From Candidatus Latescibacterota bacterium (GTDB lineage Bacteria; Latescibacterota; UBA2968; GCA-2709665), in the NCBI GenBank assembly GCA_965205485.1, contig OZ242180.1, positions 3,264,001 to 3,328,000 on the forward strand: 64,000 bases of DNA. The letters run 5' to 3'. Positions 53,861 through 63,926 of the stretch are shown piece by piece. The first letter of the stretch is position 1. Each line of letters opens with the position of its first letter. Below the pieces are notes generated by a model. It was not told the DNA's origin, did not search any database, and was given only the letters and a program-made list of their open reading frames with translations. The position numbers and the translations under genes were made by a program.

Positions 53861-54589
53861 GTGAAAGTCGTGATTTACGGCGGCAACGGGATGCTGGGGC
53901 CGCATGTCGTGAAAGCGCTCGAAGGCCGTGTGTCCCTGCGGATCACGGACCTGGAACCGTTCGAAACGCGCCATGAGACGATGCCCGTAGACGTGGGTGA
54001 CCCGGAGGCCGTCATGCGCGCGGCGGAAGGAATGGACGCAATCGTCAACCTCTCGGTATTGCGTCCGCATCGAAAAATCGCATTCGACGTGAATACCCTG
54101 GGATGCTACAACGTGATGCGTGCGGCGGTGAAACACGGCGTACGCCGGGTCATCAATACGGGGCCGCACTTTACCGTGCAGGGCGAATCCTATGTGGACT
54201 GGGACTCCCACATCGGTCCGGACGTGCCCCCGAAGCCTGGGACGAATCTGTACGCCCTGACCAAGGGACTGGGCCAGGAAGTCTGCAGGGTTTTCGCCTC
54301 GAACTTCGACCTGTACGTGCTATGTTACCTTTTCTGGAGCTTTCGCGATCACGACCCTTCCTCGCAGCCGGTTCACGACCGGTCGTTCATGGTGACCTGG
54401 CGGGACGCCGCCGACGCGTTCCTGCCCGGACTGAAAATTCCACTGGAACGTCTGCCGTCGCGCTGCGAGGTATTCGATATATTCGGTGATCGGCCGCACG
54501 GGCACTTTACAAACGAAAAGACCAGGCGGATTCTGGGATGGAGACCCTTGGACGGCATGGAGTACACGTATACGAAGAAACCGGTGTAA
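53861..54589 (+). CDS. NAD(P)-dependent oxidoreductase (extended SDR), copy 2
   Basis: GGNGMLG, YALTKG; starts 757 bp after copy 1. Confidence 0.85.
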   Translation: MKVVIYGGNGMLGPHVVKALEGRVSLRITDLEPFETRHETMPVDVGDPEAVMRAAEGMDAIVNLSVLRPHRKIAFDVNTLGCYNVMRAAVKHGVRRVINTGPHFTVQGESYVDWDSHIGPDVPPKPGTNLYALTKGLGQEVCRVFASNFDLYVLCYLFWSFRDHDPSSQPVHDRSFMVTWRDAADAFLPGLKIPLERLPSRCEVFDIFGDRPHGHFTNEKTRRILGWRPLDGMEYTYTKKPV

Positions 54590-54617
54590 CCGAATCTGAC
54601 CAACGCTGGAGACAGGT

Positions 54618-55340
54618 ATGAAAGTCGTGATATACGGCGGCAACGGGATGCTGGGGCCCCACGTCGTGAAGGCGCTTGAAGGGCGTGTGTCCCTGCGGAT
54701 GACGGACCTGGAGCCGTTCGAAACGTGCCATGAGATGATGCCCGTGGACGTGGCTGACCCGGAGGCCGTCATGCGCGCAGCCGAGGGAATGGATGCGATC
54801 ATCAACCTGTCCGTCCTGCGTCCGCATCGAAAGGTCGCATTCGACGTGAATACCATCGGCTGTTACAACATCATGAGGGCCGCGGTCAAACACGGGATCC
54901 GGCGCGTCATCAACACCGGTCCGCATTTCACCGTACAGGGCCCACCCTATGAGGCGTGGGACTACCGGATCGGTCCCGACGTGCCGCCGAAGCCCGGTAC
55001 GAACCTGTATTCGCTTTCCAAGGGTCTGGGACAGGAAATCTGTCGGATCTTTACCGAGCATTGTGACGTTTACGTGCTGTGTTACCTGTTCTACATCTTC
55101 AGAGATCACGACGCGTCTGCCGAGCCGGTTCGGGACTGGCCGTTTCTGGTATCGTGGCGCGACGCGGCAGCCGCTTTCGTTCCGGGGCTGGCCATTGATC
55201 TGGACCGGTTGCCTTCGCGGTGCGAGGTCTTCAACATTTTCGGTGATCGCCCCCACGGGCAGTTCTCGAACGAGAAAGCGAAGCGGATTCTCGGGTGGCA
55301 GCCCGGAGACGGTCTGGAATATACGTATTTGAAGGAATAG
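54618..55340 (+). CDS. NAD(P)-dependent oxidoreductase (extended SDR), copy 3
   Basis: GGNGMLG, YSLSKG; starts 757 bp after copy 2. Confidence 0.85.
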   Translation: MKVVIYGGNGMLGPHVVKALEGRVSLRMTDLEPFETCHEMMPVDVADPEAVMRAAEGMDAIINLSVLRPHRKVAFDVNTIGCYNIMRAAVKHGIRRVINTGPHFTVQGPPYEAWDYRIGPDVPPKPGTNLYSLSKGLGQEICRIFTEHCDVYVLCYLFYIFRDHDASAEPVRDWPFLVSWRDAAAAFVPGLAIDLDRLPSRCEVFNIFGDRPHGQFSNEKAKRILGWQPGDGLEYTYLKE

Positions 55341-55377
55341 GGATTTCCGCACCGATTCAATACGCGAGGTCGTGTTT

Positions 55378-56715
55378 GTGAATTATACACCGCACACGAA
55401 TCAGGACATTCGAACGATGCTGGACACGATCGGGGTCGATTCAACCGGGGCGCTCTTCGATCCAGTCCCCGCGTCTCTGAGGATGGCCTCCCTTGATCTG
55501 CCTGCCGGGATCAGTGAGATGGAGGCGTTGGGACTGATCGAGGAACTCGGCCGTTCGGCGCGGGCGCAGGCCCCCGCGTTGTCATTCACGGGCGGCGGCG
55601 CCTACGAGCACTTCACGCCAAGCGTCGTTGACGCGATGATTTCCCGCAGTGAGTTCTATACGGCATATACGCCGTATCAGCCGGAAGTGAGCCAGGGTAC
55701 GCTGCGGGCGATTTTCGAGTTCCAGACCATGGTGTGCGAGTTGACCGGTATGGAGGTGGCCAATGCCTCCATGTACGACGGCGCGTCGGCCCTGGCGGAA
55801 GCGGTGATGATGGCGGTCCGGATCAATGACGGGACGCGCGTAATGCTGCCGCGCAGCCTGCACCCGTTCTACCGTCGGGTTGTCGAGACCTATGTTCGGG
55901 GAATCGGGCTGGAAGTGGTGGAAATTCCCTGGTCGGTTGCCGGGACGATCGATATGGCACGGGTCGAGGCAGAGTTGAGTGACGATACCGCCGCGGTCTT
56001 GGTGCAGAATCCGAATTTCCTGGGTGTGCTGGAACCCCTTGACGCACTGGGCAGCCTGTTGCAGAACCACCCGTCGGCCTTTGTCGCGTCGGTGAATCCC
56101 ATCTCACTTGGGGTGATCCGGCCGCCGGGTGACTTCGGAGCGGACATTGTGGTTGCCGACGGTCAGCCGTTGGGCCTGCCGTTGTCCTTTGGCGGCCCAT
56201 ACGTGGGCATGTTTGCCACGCGCGAACAGCATGTTCGACGAATGCCCGGGCGGGTGGTCGGACAGACCACCGACGTGGACGGGAAGCGCGGGTTTGTGAT
56301 GACGCTCCAGACACGCGAACAGCATATTCGCCGGGAACGCGCAACCTCGAACATCTGCACGAATCAGACGCTGTGCGCGACAGCGGCGACCGTCTATCTG
56401 GCGTCGCTGGGGCCGAACGGCCTGCGTGAAGTCGGCATGTTGAACTGGAACCGTAGCCACGAAGCAGCGTCCGCGCTGTGCGGGATCGACGGGATTTCCC
56501 TGAAGTTTTCCGGCGCGTCGTTCAACGAGTTCGTGGTTGAAACGCCCCGCCCCGCGCGTGAAGCGCTCAAAGCGTTGCGGCGCAAGGGCATCGCGGGCGG
56601 AATAGACCTGGGGCGCTTCTATCCGGAATTGGACCGGTGTGTCCTGACCTGCGTGACGGAAACGAAGTCCGGTTCGGACGTGGCGCGCCTGGTTGACGCC
56701 TGGAGAGACATTTAA
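55378..56715 (+). CDS. gcvPA: Glycine dehydrogenase subunit 1
   Basis: GGGAYEH, EFYTAYTPYQPEVSQG, NASMYDG, REQHIRRERATSNICTNQ. Confidence 0.97.
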   Translation: MNYTPHTNQDIRTMLDTIGVDSTGALFDPVPASLRMASLDLPAGISEMEALGLIEELGRSARAQAPALSFTGGGAYEHFTPSVVDAMISRSEFYTAYTPYQPEVSQGTLRAIFEFQTMVCELTGMEVANASMYDGASALAEAVMMAVRINDGTRVMLPRSLHPFYRRVVETYVRGIGLEVVEIPWSVAGTIDMARVEAELSDDTAAVLVQNPNFLGVLEPLDALGSLLQNHPSAFVASVNPISLGVIRPPGDFGADIVVADGQPLGLPLSFGGPYVGMFATREQHVRRMPGRVVGQTTDVDGKRGFVMTLQTREQHIRRERATSNICTNQTLCATAATVYLASLGPNGLREVGMLNWNRSHEAASALCGIDGISLKFSGASFNEFVVETPRPAREALKALRRKGIAGGIDLGRFYPELDRCVLTCVTETKSGSDVARLVDAWRDI

Positions 56716-58166
56716 TGGACAGGGATCTGCTGATTTTCGAAAGGGGCGGTCGCGGGCGCCGGTGCGCGGGGTTTCCAGACGCAGGCGACGCGGTTGTACC
56801 CGTACCAGACGGGATGTATCGGAATGACGCGCCCGCGCTGCCGGAAGTCAGCGAGTTGGAACTGGTGCGCCATTACGTGAATCTCTCGTCCATGAATTTC
56901 AGTATCGAGACGGCGTTCTACCCGCTGGGATCCTGCACCATGAAGTACAATCCCAAAATACATGAGCGCGTCGCTCGCCTGCCCGATTTCGCGGGGTTGC
57001 ATCCATTTGCGGACGAGGAGGCGTCGCAGGCTGCATTGCGCGTTCTGTGGGAGATGGACGGGATATTGACGGCCGTAACCGGAATGGACGGGTTTACGTT
57101 TCAACCGGCCGCCGGCGCGCAGGGAGAATTCGTGGGCATTTCACTGATTGCGGCGTACCATCGAGAGAGACAGGACGACAGGCAGGTTGTGCTGATTCCG
57201 GATTCGGCGCACGGAACAAACCCCGCGACGGCGGCGATGTGCGGCTATCGGGTGGAGACGTTGAAATCTACCGGCCGCGGAACCGTGGACGTCGCGGACC
57301 TGAAGGCCAAGATGAACGACCGGGTCGCGGGATTGATGCTGACAAATCCGAACACATTCGGCGTGTTCGAGGACGAAATCCTGGACATCCAGCAGGTGGT
57401 CCACGACGGCGGAGGCCTGCTCTATTACGATGGTGCGAATCTGAACGCATTCCTGGGACAATGCAGGCCTGGGGACATGGGCTTTGACGTTGTCCACATC
57501 AACCTGCACAAGACCTTCACGACCCCGCACGGCGGCGGGGGTCCCGGTTCCGGACCCGTCGGCGTGAAGGAAGCGCTGCTGCCGTACCTGCCGGTCCCCG
57601 TCGTCACGAAAACAGGCGACCGCTTCGGACTGGACTACGACCGCCCGCGAACGATCGGAAAGGTCAGTACGTTTTTCGGGAATTTCGGGATGGTGATTCG
57701 CGCCTACGTCTATGCAAGAATGCTGGGTGCGGAAGGGATGCGGCGCACCAGCGAGATGGCCGTACTGAATGCGAATTACATCGCCAGCAGGCTGGATGGG
57801 CACTACGACCGCCCTAAGTCCGCGCAGCCCATGCACGAAATGGTGTTCTCGGCGTCGCGACAAAAAAAGTCCAGCGGGGTAAGCGCGCTGGATATTGCCA
57901 AGAGACTCATCGACTATGGCCATCATCCGCCTACCATCTATTTCCCGCTGCCCAGGGTGGCGCCGGAAGCGATGCTGATCGAGCCCACGGAAACGGAAAG
58001 TCTGGAACAGCTTGACGAGTTCATCGAATCCATGATTCGGATCGCCGGCGAGGCGGAGGAAAATCCGGACTTGCTTCACGATGCGCCGCACCACACGCCT
58101 GTACGCCGGCTGGACGAAGCCACGGCGGCGCGGAAACCCGTGTTGCGAGCGACAGGGCGCGAATAG
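56715..58166 (+). CDS. gcvPB: Glycine dehydrogenase subunit 2
   Basis: YPLGSCTMKYNPK, SAHGTNPA, HINLHKTFTTPHGGGGPG, IEPTETES. Confidence 0.97.
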   Translation: MDRDLLIFERGGRGRRCAGFPDAGDAVVPVPDGMYRNDAPALPEVSELELVRHYVNLSSMNFSIETAFYPLGSCTMKYNPKIHERVARLPDFAGLHPFADEEASQAALRVLWEMDGILTAVTGMDGFTFQPAAGAQGEFVGISLIAAYHRERQDDRQVVLIPDSAHGTNPATAAMCGYRVETLKSTGRGTVDVADLKAKMNDRVAGLMLTNPNTFGVFEDEILDIQQVVHDGGGLLYYDGANLNAFLGQCRPGDMGFDVVHINLHKTFTTPHGGGGPGSGPVGVKEALLPYLPVPVVTKTGDRFGLDYDRPRTIGKVSTFFGNFGMVIRAYVYARMLGAEGMRRTSEMAVLNANYIASRLDGHYDRPKSAQPMHEMVFSASRQKKSSGVSALDIAKRLIDYGHHPPTIYFPLPRVAPEAMLIEPTETESLEQLDEFIESMIRIAGEAEENPDLLHDAPHHTPVRRLDEATAARKPVLRATGRE

Positions 58167-58187
58167 CCGGTCTGACATGTTCACCCC

Positions 58188-58233
58188 AGACGAAGAACGG
58201 GCCGCGATATCCATCGCGGCCCGTTCTTCGTCT
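58188..58233. terminator. 21-bp perfect hairpin between convergent genes
   Basis: AGACGAAGAACGGGCCGCGAT-ATCC-ATCGCGGCCCGTTCTTCGTCT. Confidence 0.7.
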
Positions 58234-58248
58234 CGACTCAATGACGGT

Positions 58249-58683
58249 TCAATCTTCGCGATTTGCCGCTCGGCAGGTGATTTCAATCAGGTTGCCGTCG
58301 GGATCATGGAGAAACACGAAGCGGCTCCCGTCGTGCGGTCTGACGCCCGGGCCGCCGACGACATGTACCCACCCGCCATCCAGAGATTTGACGACGCGTT
58401 CGAAGTCGGGGACTTCGAACGCGATATGTCGCCTGGACGGATCGCGGTGTTCTTCCGCCACCAGCAGGTGAATCTCCACGCTTCCGCATTTGTACCAGGC
58501 GCCTTCGAAATCGTAATCGGGCCGCGGTATTGGGCTCAATCCAAGGAATTTCTCATAGAAGGACCGGGATCGATCCAGATCGCGTGCAACCAGTGTGATG
58601 TGATGTACGCCCACGATATCCAGCACCGGGGTGACTGCGCCCCTGAGGGAGAATTCCGGGTTATTGAGGGTATCGTGTGCCAC
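58249..58683 (-). CDS. VOC (glyoxalase) family protein
   Basis: VHHITL, GAWY, RHIAFEV, FLHDPDGNLIE. True start may be GTG 58626. Confidence 0.85.
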   Translation of the reverse strand: MAHDTLNNPEFSLRGAVTPVLDIVGVHHITLVARDLDRSRSFYEKFLGLSPIPRPDYDFEGAWYKCGSVEIHLLVAEEHRDPSRRHIAFEVPDFERVVKSLDGGWVHVVGGPGVRPHDGSRFVFLHDPDGNLIEITCRAANRED

Positions 58684-58688
58684 GGTTC

Positions 58689-59570
58689 TCAGTTCTCCGT
58701 GAGGTACGCCCGGATCTTTCGCACCCTCGACGGGTGTTTGAGCGCTGCAAGCGCCTTGTCCCGAATCTGCCGAACGCGCTCCTTTGTTAAACTGAGTTGA
58801 TTGCCGATTTGTTCCAGTGTCATGGAGTCTTCGCCGTTGATTCCGAAATAAAGCCGCAGGATTCGGGCCTCGCGGGAAGACAGGGAATCGAGCGCGGCCC
58901 GGACCTCGTCGGCCATCGCCTGTTCCATCACTTCGTTTTCGGGTGAGACCTGGTCCTTGTCTTCAAGGACCTCGAGCAGAGACGAGTCCGGACCTTCTTC
59001 CAGCGGCATATCGAGGGACACGTGCCAACGCGAGGCGTTAAGCAGATCCTGCGCCTGCTTGGGCTGCATATCGGCCCCAACCGCGATTTCGTCGATGCTT
59101 GGTTCCCTTCCGAGTTTCTGCTTGAGGTTTGAGGCAATGCGCTCCAGCCGGCACAGGTGTTTGATTTTGTTTACGGGCAGCCTGACCATCCGTGCTTTTT
59201 CCGCCAGGGAAGAGAGGATGCCCTGCCGGATCCACCAGACCGCGTAGGTTGTAAATTTGACACCCACCGTTTCATCGTACCGCGTTGCCGCGCGAACCAG
59301 ACCGAGATTGCCCTCCGCAATCAGATCTTCAAGGGGCAATCCCCGCCCCTGGTATTCCTTTGCGATCGTGATGACGAACCGGAGGTTGGATTCGACCATC
59401 TGTTCCAGGCTCTTGCGGTCTCCGGCTCTGATACGCCTGGCCAACGTCACTTCCTGTTGCGGCGTGAGCAGATCGTTATATGCGATATCCTTGAGATAGA
59501 GTTCAAGCGCTGATCGCTTTTTTCCCTGTGACGAGATTCCGTTCTGCTGCCTCATTACCGTTGCAGGCAT
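58689..59570 (-). CDS. RNA polymerase sigma factor, RpoD/SigA family, lacking region 1.1
   Basis: LYLKDI, ESNLRFV, DLIAEGNLGL, KFTTYAVWWIRQ, TLEQIG...TKERVRQI. Confidence 0.93.
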   Translation of the reverse strand: MPATVMRQQNGISSQGKKRSALELYLKDIAYNDLLTPQQEVTLARRIRAGDRKSLEQMVESNLRFVITIAKEYQGRGLPLEDLIAEGNLGLVRAATRYDETVGVKFTTYAVWWIRQGILSSLAEKARMVRLPVNKIKHLCRLERIASNLKQKLGREPSIDEIAVGADMQPKQAQDLLNASRWHVSLDMPLEEGPDSSLLEVLEDKDQVSPENEVMEQAMADEVRAALDSLSSREARILRLYFGINGEDSMTLEQIGNQLSLTKERVRQIRDKALAALKHPSRVRKIRAYLTEN

Positions 59571-59759
59571 TACTTTCCCCCAGACAATGGTAGGGCCGTC
59601 TGCGCGACGGTTCCCGTCCTGATTCAATCGACTGGGAACAACCGGAGTTCGCGCGGACGGATCCCGTGCGCACAGAATGCACGACCTGCGACACACGGGC
59701 TCGACAGAGCCGACCGTGGACGTGAATAACACAATCTGGAAAGGGGAGGAATCGAATAA

Positions 59760-59947
59760 GAAGCTGTTTTAAAATTACCGGTGAGTTCCCGAGCGCGAGC
59801 GAAAAAGTGGCGGTCAAGGCGGGAGAATCCGCCCATATCCAATGTATCGTGGCTGCGCGCCCCTCGCCACTCTTGGGTGGGTTCGACCAACGCCGACCGG
59901 CGCTTTTGCAGCCGCGCGAAGACCGCTGGGGATTTTAGAACAGCTTC
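59760..59947. mobile_element. MITE family A, copy 3 (188 bp)
   Basis: TIRs GAAGCTGTTTTAAAAT / ATTTTAGAACAGCTTC with TAA on both sides. Confidence 0.9.
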
Positions 59948-60215
59948 TAAGGGAGAAGGGAAATTCGGAAAGTTCAACCCATCCGGGGGTGAGGTGTTGA
60001 ACTGGCGGGGAACTGAGGATGTATCCGGAAACCGATCAGGGGAACCGATTCCCGATGTTACGGCCCTCCCGGGTTCTGCAGCCCGGATGCTGTCCGGTCG
60101 GAGAGCCGTTACTTGCCGGAATCACCGTTTCAATGCCGAGGGGTGGCGGCTGAAACTGTAGTCGACTCCGAATTCAAATGAGACTACCTTTTTACAGAAA
60201 GCCCTGTGAAATAAC

Positions 60216-60244
60216 AAGATAACATACGAATGGCGTTTTGTCAA
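60216..60244 (-). promoter_or_regulatory. Strong sigma70 promoter pointing at the sigma factor gene
   Basis: Minus strand TTGACA-17 bp-TATCTT with extended -10 TG. Confidence 0.7.
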
Positions 60245-60335
60245 GTTACGATCATGATTTTTTCCGGTGAAACACCACAGGCGCCGGTTGGCGAAGAGGT
60301 CAGTATGCGGTAACGGTTGTGCGGAGGCGAGGCCC

Positions 60336-60845
60336 CTATTCATCCCCGTCCGGCTCCTGGTTTCGGGTCCCCAGGTCTCTGTCCAGAAGAAACAGGCCGT
60401 TGCCGTCGCTACCGACCAGTTTGAGCTTGTTTACGATATCGCTTGCCGTGGCCTCTTCTTCCACCTGTTCGGTCACGAACCACTGAAGGAAGGTGTTCGT
60501 CGCATGGTCACGTTCCTCGACGCTCAGGTCCACCAGGTCGTAAATCTGGGCGGTTACCGCCTTTTCGTGCCGATAGGCATCTTCGAACGCTGCCAAAGAA
60601 TCGTCCCAATTACGTTTGGGTGCCGCAACGGTCGTCAGCACCACGTCGCCTTCCCTGTCATTGATAAAGTCGTAAATCTTCATGGCGTGCATCAGTTCCT
60701 CCTGGGCCTGAGCGCGCATCCAGGAGGCGAAACCCGTCAGGTTCGTGGCATGAAAATAGGCCGACATCGAAAGATAGTAATACGAGGCGTACAGTTCTGA
60801 ATTCAACTGTTGATTCAAGGCAGCCTGTACGTTTTCCTTAATCAT
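60336..60845 (-). CDS. ftnA: Ferritin (non-haem)
   Basis: AAGGAGG RBS; ELYASYYYLSM, EELMHAMK, HEKAVT, FLQWFVTEQVEEE. Confidence 0.95.
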   Translation of the reverse strand: MIKENVQAALNQQLNSELYASYYYLSMSAYFHATNLTGFASWMRAQAQEELMHAMKIYDFINDREGDVVLTTVAAPKRNWDDSLAAFEDAYRHEKAVTAQIYDLVDLSVEERDHATNTFLQWFVTEQVEEEATASDIVNKLKLVGSDGNGLFLLDRDLGTRNQEPDGDE

Positions 60846-60969
60846 CGACGTCCTCCTTGAGTACACGAGAGCAATTCAGACAGGATGTCAATACGCCGAA
60901 CCCGGGATGCGTCTCGCACGGAGAACCGGCGAGTTTCTTGCGCGATCTGGTAACACTGGCGGGACGTTA

Positions 60970-60997
60970 AGTATATCAAAAAGCGAAAAAAAAACAA
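60970..60997 (-). promoter_or_regulatory. Putative ferritin promoter
   Basis: Minus strand TTGTTT-16 bp-TATACT with extended -10 TG. Confidence 0.5.
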
Positions 60998-61348
60998 GGG
61001 TTTCCTTTAATGCTCACCAAAGGGACGGATGTTCTGTTTTTCGGGTAGAACGGTCGTGCGCCGCGAGCGGATTGTGGAATGATCAGGAGGCGCGGCCGAG
61101 TCTGAATTCAACGGGTACTGCCGGCCGGGCGCTCACGATCCGGAGATCGTCCGACACGGGTTCAATCAACGGCCGAACGGCCAGGCATTCGTGGGACAGG
61201 ACTGGAATCCGGTCTTGACGCCGCCGATCGGTGTGCGAGGAGGACCCGGCCGCACACCCGGCGGGCCCCGAAAAAAGGATTGGCCGCGATGCTTGAGGAT
61301 TTCTATTTTACGAAAGGTCACCGTTGATTTCACTATACTGGAGCGACT

Positions 61349-62341
61349 ATGCGCGATGAGTCTCTCAGAGTCGCCGTTATCGGCGCCAGCGGAATCGGTC
61401 AGCATCACGCCCGGTGGTACGATCTCTCCGGTTGCGAGGTGGTTGCGTTCGCCGGTACATCGAAGGATTCGTGCGAGCGAACCCGCGAACGGCTGGCGTC
61501 GTACTTCGGGTTCAGCGGACGGGCGTATCAGGACGTGGAGGCGATGTTGCGGGACGAAACTCCCGACATTGTCGCGGTGACGAGTCCGTACCCGATGCAC
61601 AGGGCTCACGCGATCGCCGCGCTCGACGCAGGCGCCCACGTGCTTTGCGAGAAGCCGTTCTGCTGGGACAAAAACAAGGAACTGGATGAAATCCTCGCCG
61701 ACGGACTGGCAGTTGTCGCGAAGGCGAAGGACGCGGGCCGCCTGCTGGGCGTGTCTGCCCAGTATCCTGCGGGTATACCGCACTACCGTGCGTTTTATGA
61801 GCGGGTTCGCGGAACCTGGGACCCCGTGACGCGGATTACGATGGAAATGGAGGTGAAGGGAAGAAAAGGGCCCAAACGCCGCGAGGAAATCTGGGCCGAC
61901 GTCGCTCCGCACGCATTGAGCCTGGTCATTGGCTTCCTTCCGGATGGAAGGATGGATATGACAACCGCCGAATGCGAGATCGACGAGCGCGAGAACCGGG
62001 CGCGATTCGACACCGTCAGCCCCCGCGGACGGTGCGGGGTGGATCTGGTTATGCGGGATATCGACGAGGGCATACCGGCGCGCCGGTTCGGTGTCAACGG
62101 CTTTATGGTGGATTGGGAGGGGTACGTAGACGACGATGGAATCTACCGCGCCCGCCTCGTCCATGAAAGTGAATCTCTCCAATGCGACGACTTTCTGCAC
62201 GTACTGGTCGATGCATTTGTTTCATGCGTGCGGGGTTCGGGCGGTCGGCCCGTCGTTTCGGGCGCGGACGGATTGCTGGGGCTGGAGTACCAGGTCGAAC
62301 TGTTGCGCCTGGCTAGAGCTCAATCCCGTTCCCGGACCTGA
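61349..62341 (+). CDS. Gfo/Idh/MocA family oxidoreductase
   Basis: VAVIGASGIG, HVLCEKP, DVAPH. Confidence 0.85.
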   Translation: MRDESLRVAVIGASGIGQHHARWYDLSGCEVVAFAGTSKDSCERTRERLASYFGFSGRAYQDVEAMLRDETPDIVAVTSPYPMHRAHAIAALDAGAHVLCEKPFCWDKNKELDEILADGLAVVAKAKDAGRLLGVSAQYPAGIPHYRAFYERVRGTWDPVTRITMEMEVKGRKGPKRREEIWADVAPHALSLVIGFLPDGRMDMTTAECEIDERENRARFDTVSPRGRCGVDLVMRDIDEGIPARRFGVNGFMVDWEGYVDDDGIYRARLVHESESLQCDDFLHVLVDAFVSCVRGSGGRPVVSGADGLLGLEYQVELLRLARAQSRSRT

Positions 62342-62358
62342 GCACGGGGCGCGCAAGA

Positions 62359-63138
62359 ATGGAGCCGAAGCGCAAGGCCGATATTGCCGTTATCGTCACC
62401 TGTCACAATTACGGCCGTTACCTCCGGCAATGCCTGCGTTCGATTGAAAACCAGGTGCTGAAACCGGCGTCCGTTCTGGTGGTGGACGACGCAAGCACGG
62501 ACGAAACCGGGGAAGTCGCCCGGCAGTTTCCGGAGATGGAATACCGCCGGGTTGAATTCCTGAACGCCAACAGGTCCCGGAATTACGGGTTCACGCAGGT
62601 ATCCGCCGAATGGGTCGTGTTCTTCGACGCGGACAACTATATGTCGCCCGGATTTCTGGATGAGCTTTACGTGGCGGCGCGCACGCATCCGGACCTCGAT
62701 TTCGTATATTGCGATCGCGTCAACTTCACCGACGGGGACGGCTCCTGGCATCCCGAGCCGGACGGAATCAGGAAATCCGGGCCCTTCCAGCCGGACAGGC
62801 TGCGAAGGGGCAACTATGTGGACATCGCCTCGCTGTTGCGGTCAGGCAGTTTTCCGGGTTTCGACGAATCTCTGCTGCGTTATCAGGATTGGGACCTGTG
62901 GCTGAATGTTGTTCTGAGACGGCAGGGCTGCGGTCACTATGTTCCGAAGCCCCTTTTCTACTATCGGATCCACGACGCCAATATCAGCCGCAGGGAGTCC
63001 GACGACAGGGCGGTCTGGTGTGTCCGACGGAAGTATCGACTCGGGCTCTACTTTAATTTACCGCTCGTCAGAGACGCATGCTGGCTGTTTTGCGCGCTCC
63101 GGAAATTGAAGAGAACCGCGTTCGGTCGCAGCCGCTGA
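62359..63138 (+). CDS. Glycosyltransferase family 2
   Basis: CHNYGRYL, VVDDASTD, FFDADN, QDWDLW. Confidence 0.9.
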   Translation: MEPKRKADIAVIVTCHNYGRYLRQCLRSIENQVLKPASVLVVDDASTDETGEVARQFPEMEYRRVEFLNANRSRNYGFTQVSAEWVVFFDADNYMSPGFLDELYVAARTHPDLDFVYCDRVNFTDGDGSWHPEPDGIRKSGPFQPDRLRRGNYVDIASLLRSGSFPGFDESLLRYQDWDLWLNVVLRRQGCGHYVPKPLFYYRIHDANISRRESDDRAVWCVRRKYRLGLYFNLPLVRDACWLFCALRKLKRTAFGRSR

Positions 63139-63147
63139 TCCTGGCAC

Positions 63148-63882
63148 GTGAAAACAGGGGGGCGTTTGGACGTTACGCATCTGGTGCTGGCGTTGGCGGG
63201 CCTGCTCGTTGGCGTTATGAAAGCCGGGTTCGGCGGCGGCGTAGGCGTGGTCGTGACGCCGCTGCTGGCGCTGGTGATACCCGCCAAGCTGGCGCTGGGC
63301 GTCATGTTGCCGCTTTCACTCGCGGCGGATCTGATTGCGATCCGGTACTATTGGAAGTACCGCGTGTCCAGGGTTGTCGGTAGCCTGATTCCGGGGATGG
63401 CGGTGGGTGTGCTGGTTGGATGGGTATTATTGGACGCCATTCCCGAACTGTGGTTCCGGCGCGTGCTGGGCGGACTGGCGTGCGTGTTCGGCCTGTTGCA
63501 GGCGTTCAGAGACCGACTTCCGAGCGTGCCGAATGTCTCCGCCGTCGCCGCCGGCGTGGCGCTCGGCGTCGTCTCGGTACTCACCCATTCCGGCGGCATC
63601 ATCCTGATGTTGTATCTGATACCCCAGGGCCTGAGCGGGAGGGTATTTGTGGCAACCGCGGTGCTTGTGGGGCTGGCGTTGAATTCCATGAAGGCGCTGG
63701 CCTATGCGCACCTTGGCCTGCTGGGCCCGGAAGTGTGGCGCATGGATCTCTTCATGCTGCCGACGCTTGCCGCGGGCGTGGGCCTGGGCATCCTCATGAA
63801 TCGTGGGCTGTCGGTCGTATGGTTCAACAGGGCAATCCTGGTCCTGGTGCTGGTGATCGGCGTCCGGTTGATGCTATCCTAG
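63148..63882 (+). CDS. Sulfite exporter TauE/SafE family permease
   Basis: KAGFGGG, MLPL, HSGG; about 8 TM segments. Confidence 0.85.
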   Translation: MKTGGRLDVTHLVLALAGLLVGVMKAGFGGGVGVVVTPLLALVIPAKLALGVMLPLSLAADLIAIRYYWKYRVSRVVGSLIPGMAVGVLVGWVLLDAIPELWFRRVLGGLACVFGLLQAFRDRLPSVPNVSAVAAGVALGVVSVLTHSGGIILMLYLIPQGLSGRVFVATAVLVGLALNSMKALAYAHLGLLGPEVWRMDLFMLPTLAAGVGLGILMNRGLSVVWFNRAILVLVLVIGVRLMLS

Positions 63883-63926
63883 GATTTCGTGTGTCCCGCG
63901 GCCGCTGGCGAGAAGCGGAGGAATGG

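Noticed and set aside
55340..55378. Glycine riboswitch before gcvP
   Set aside because: The intergenic gap is under 40 bp, too short for an aptamer.
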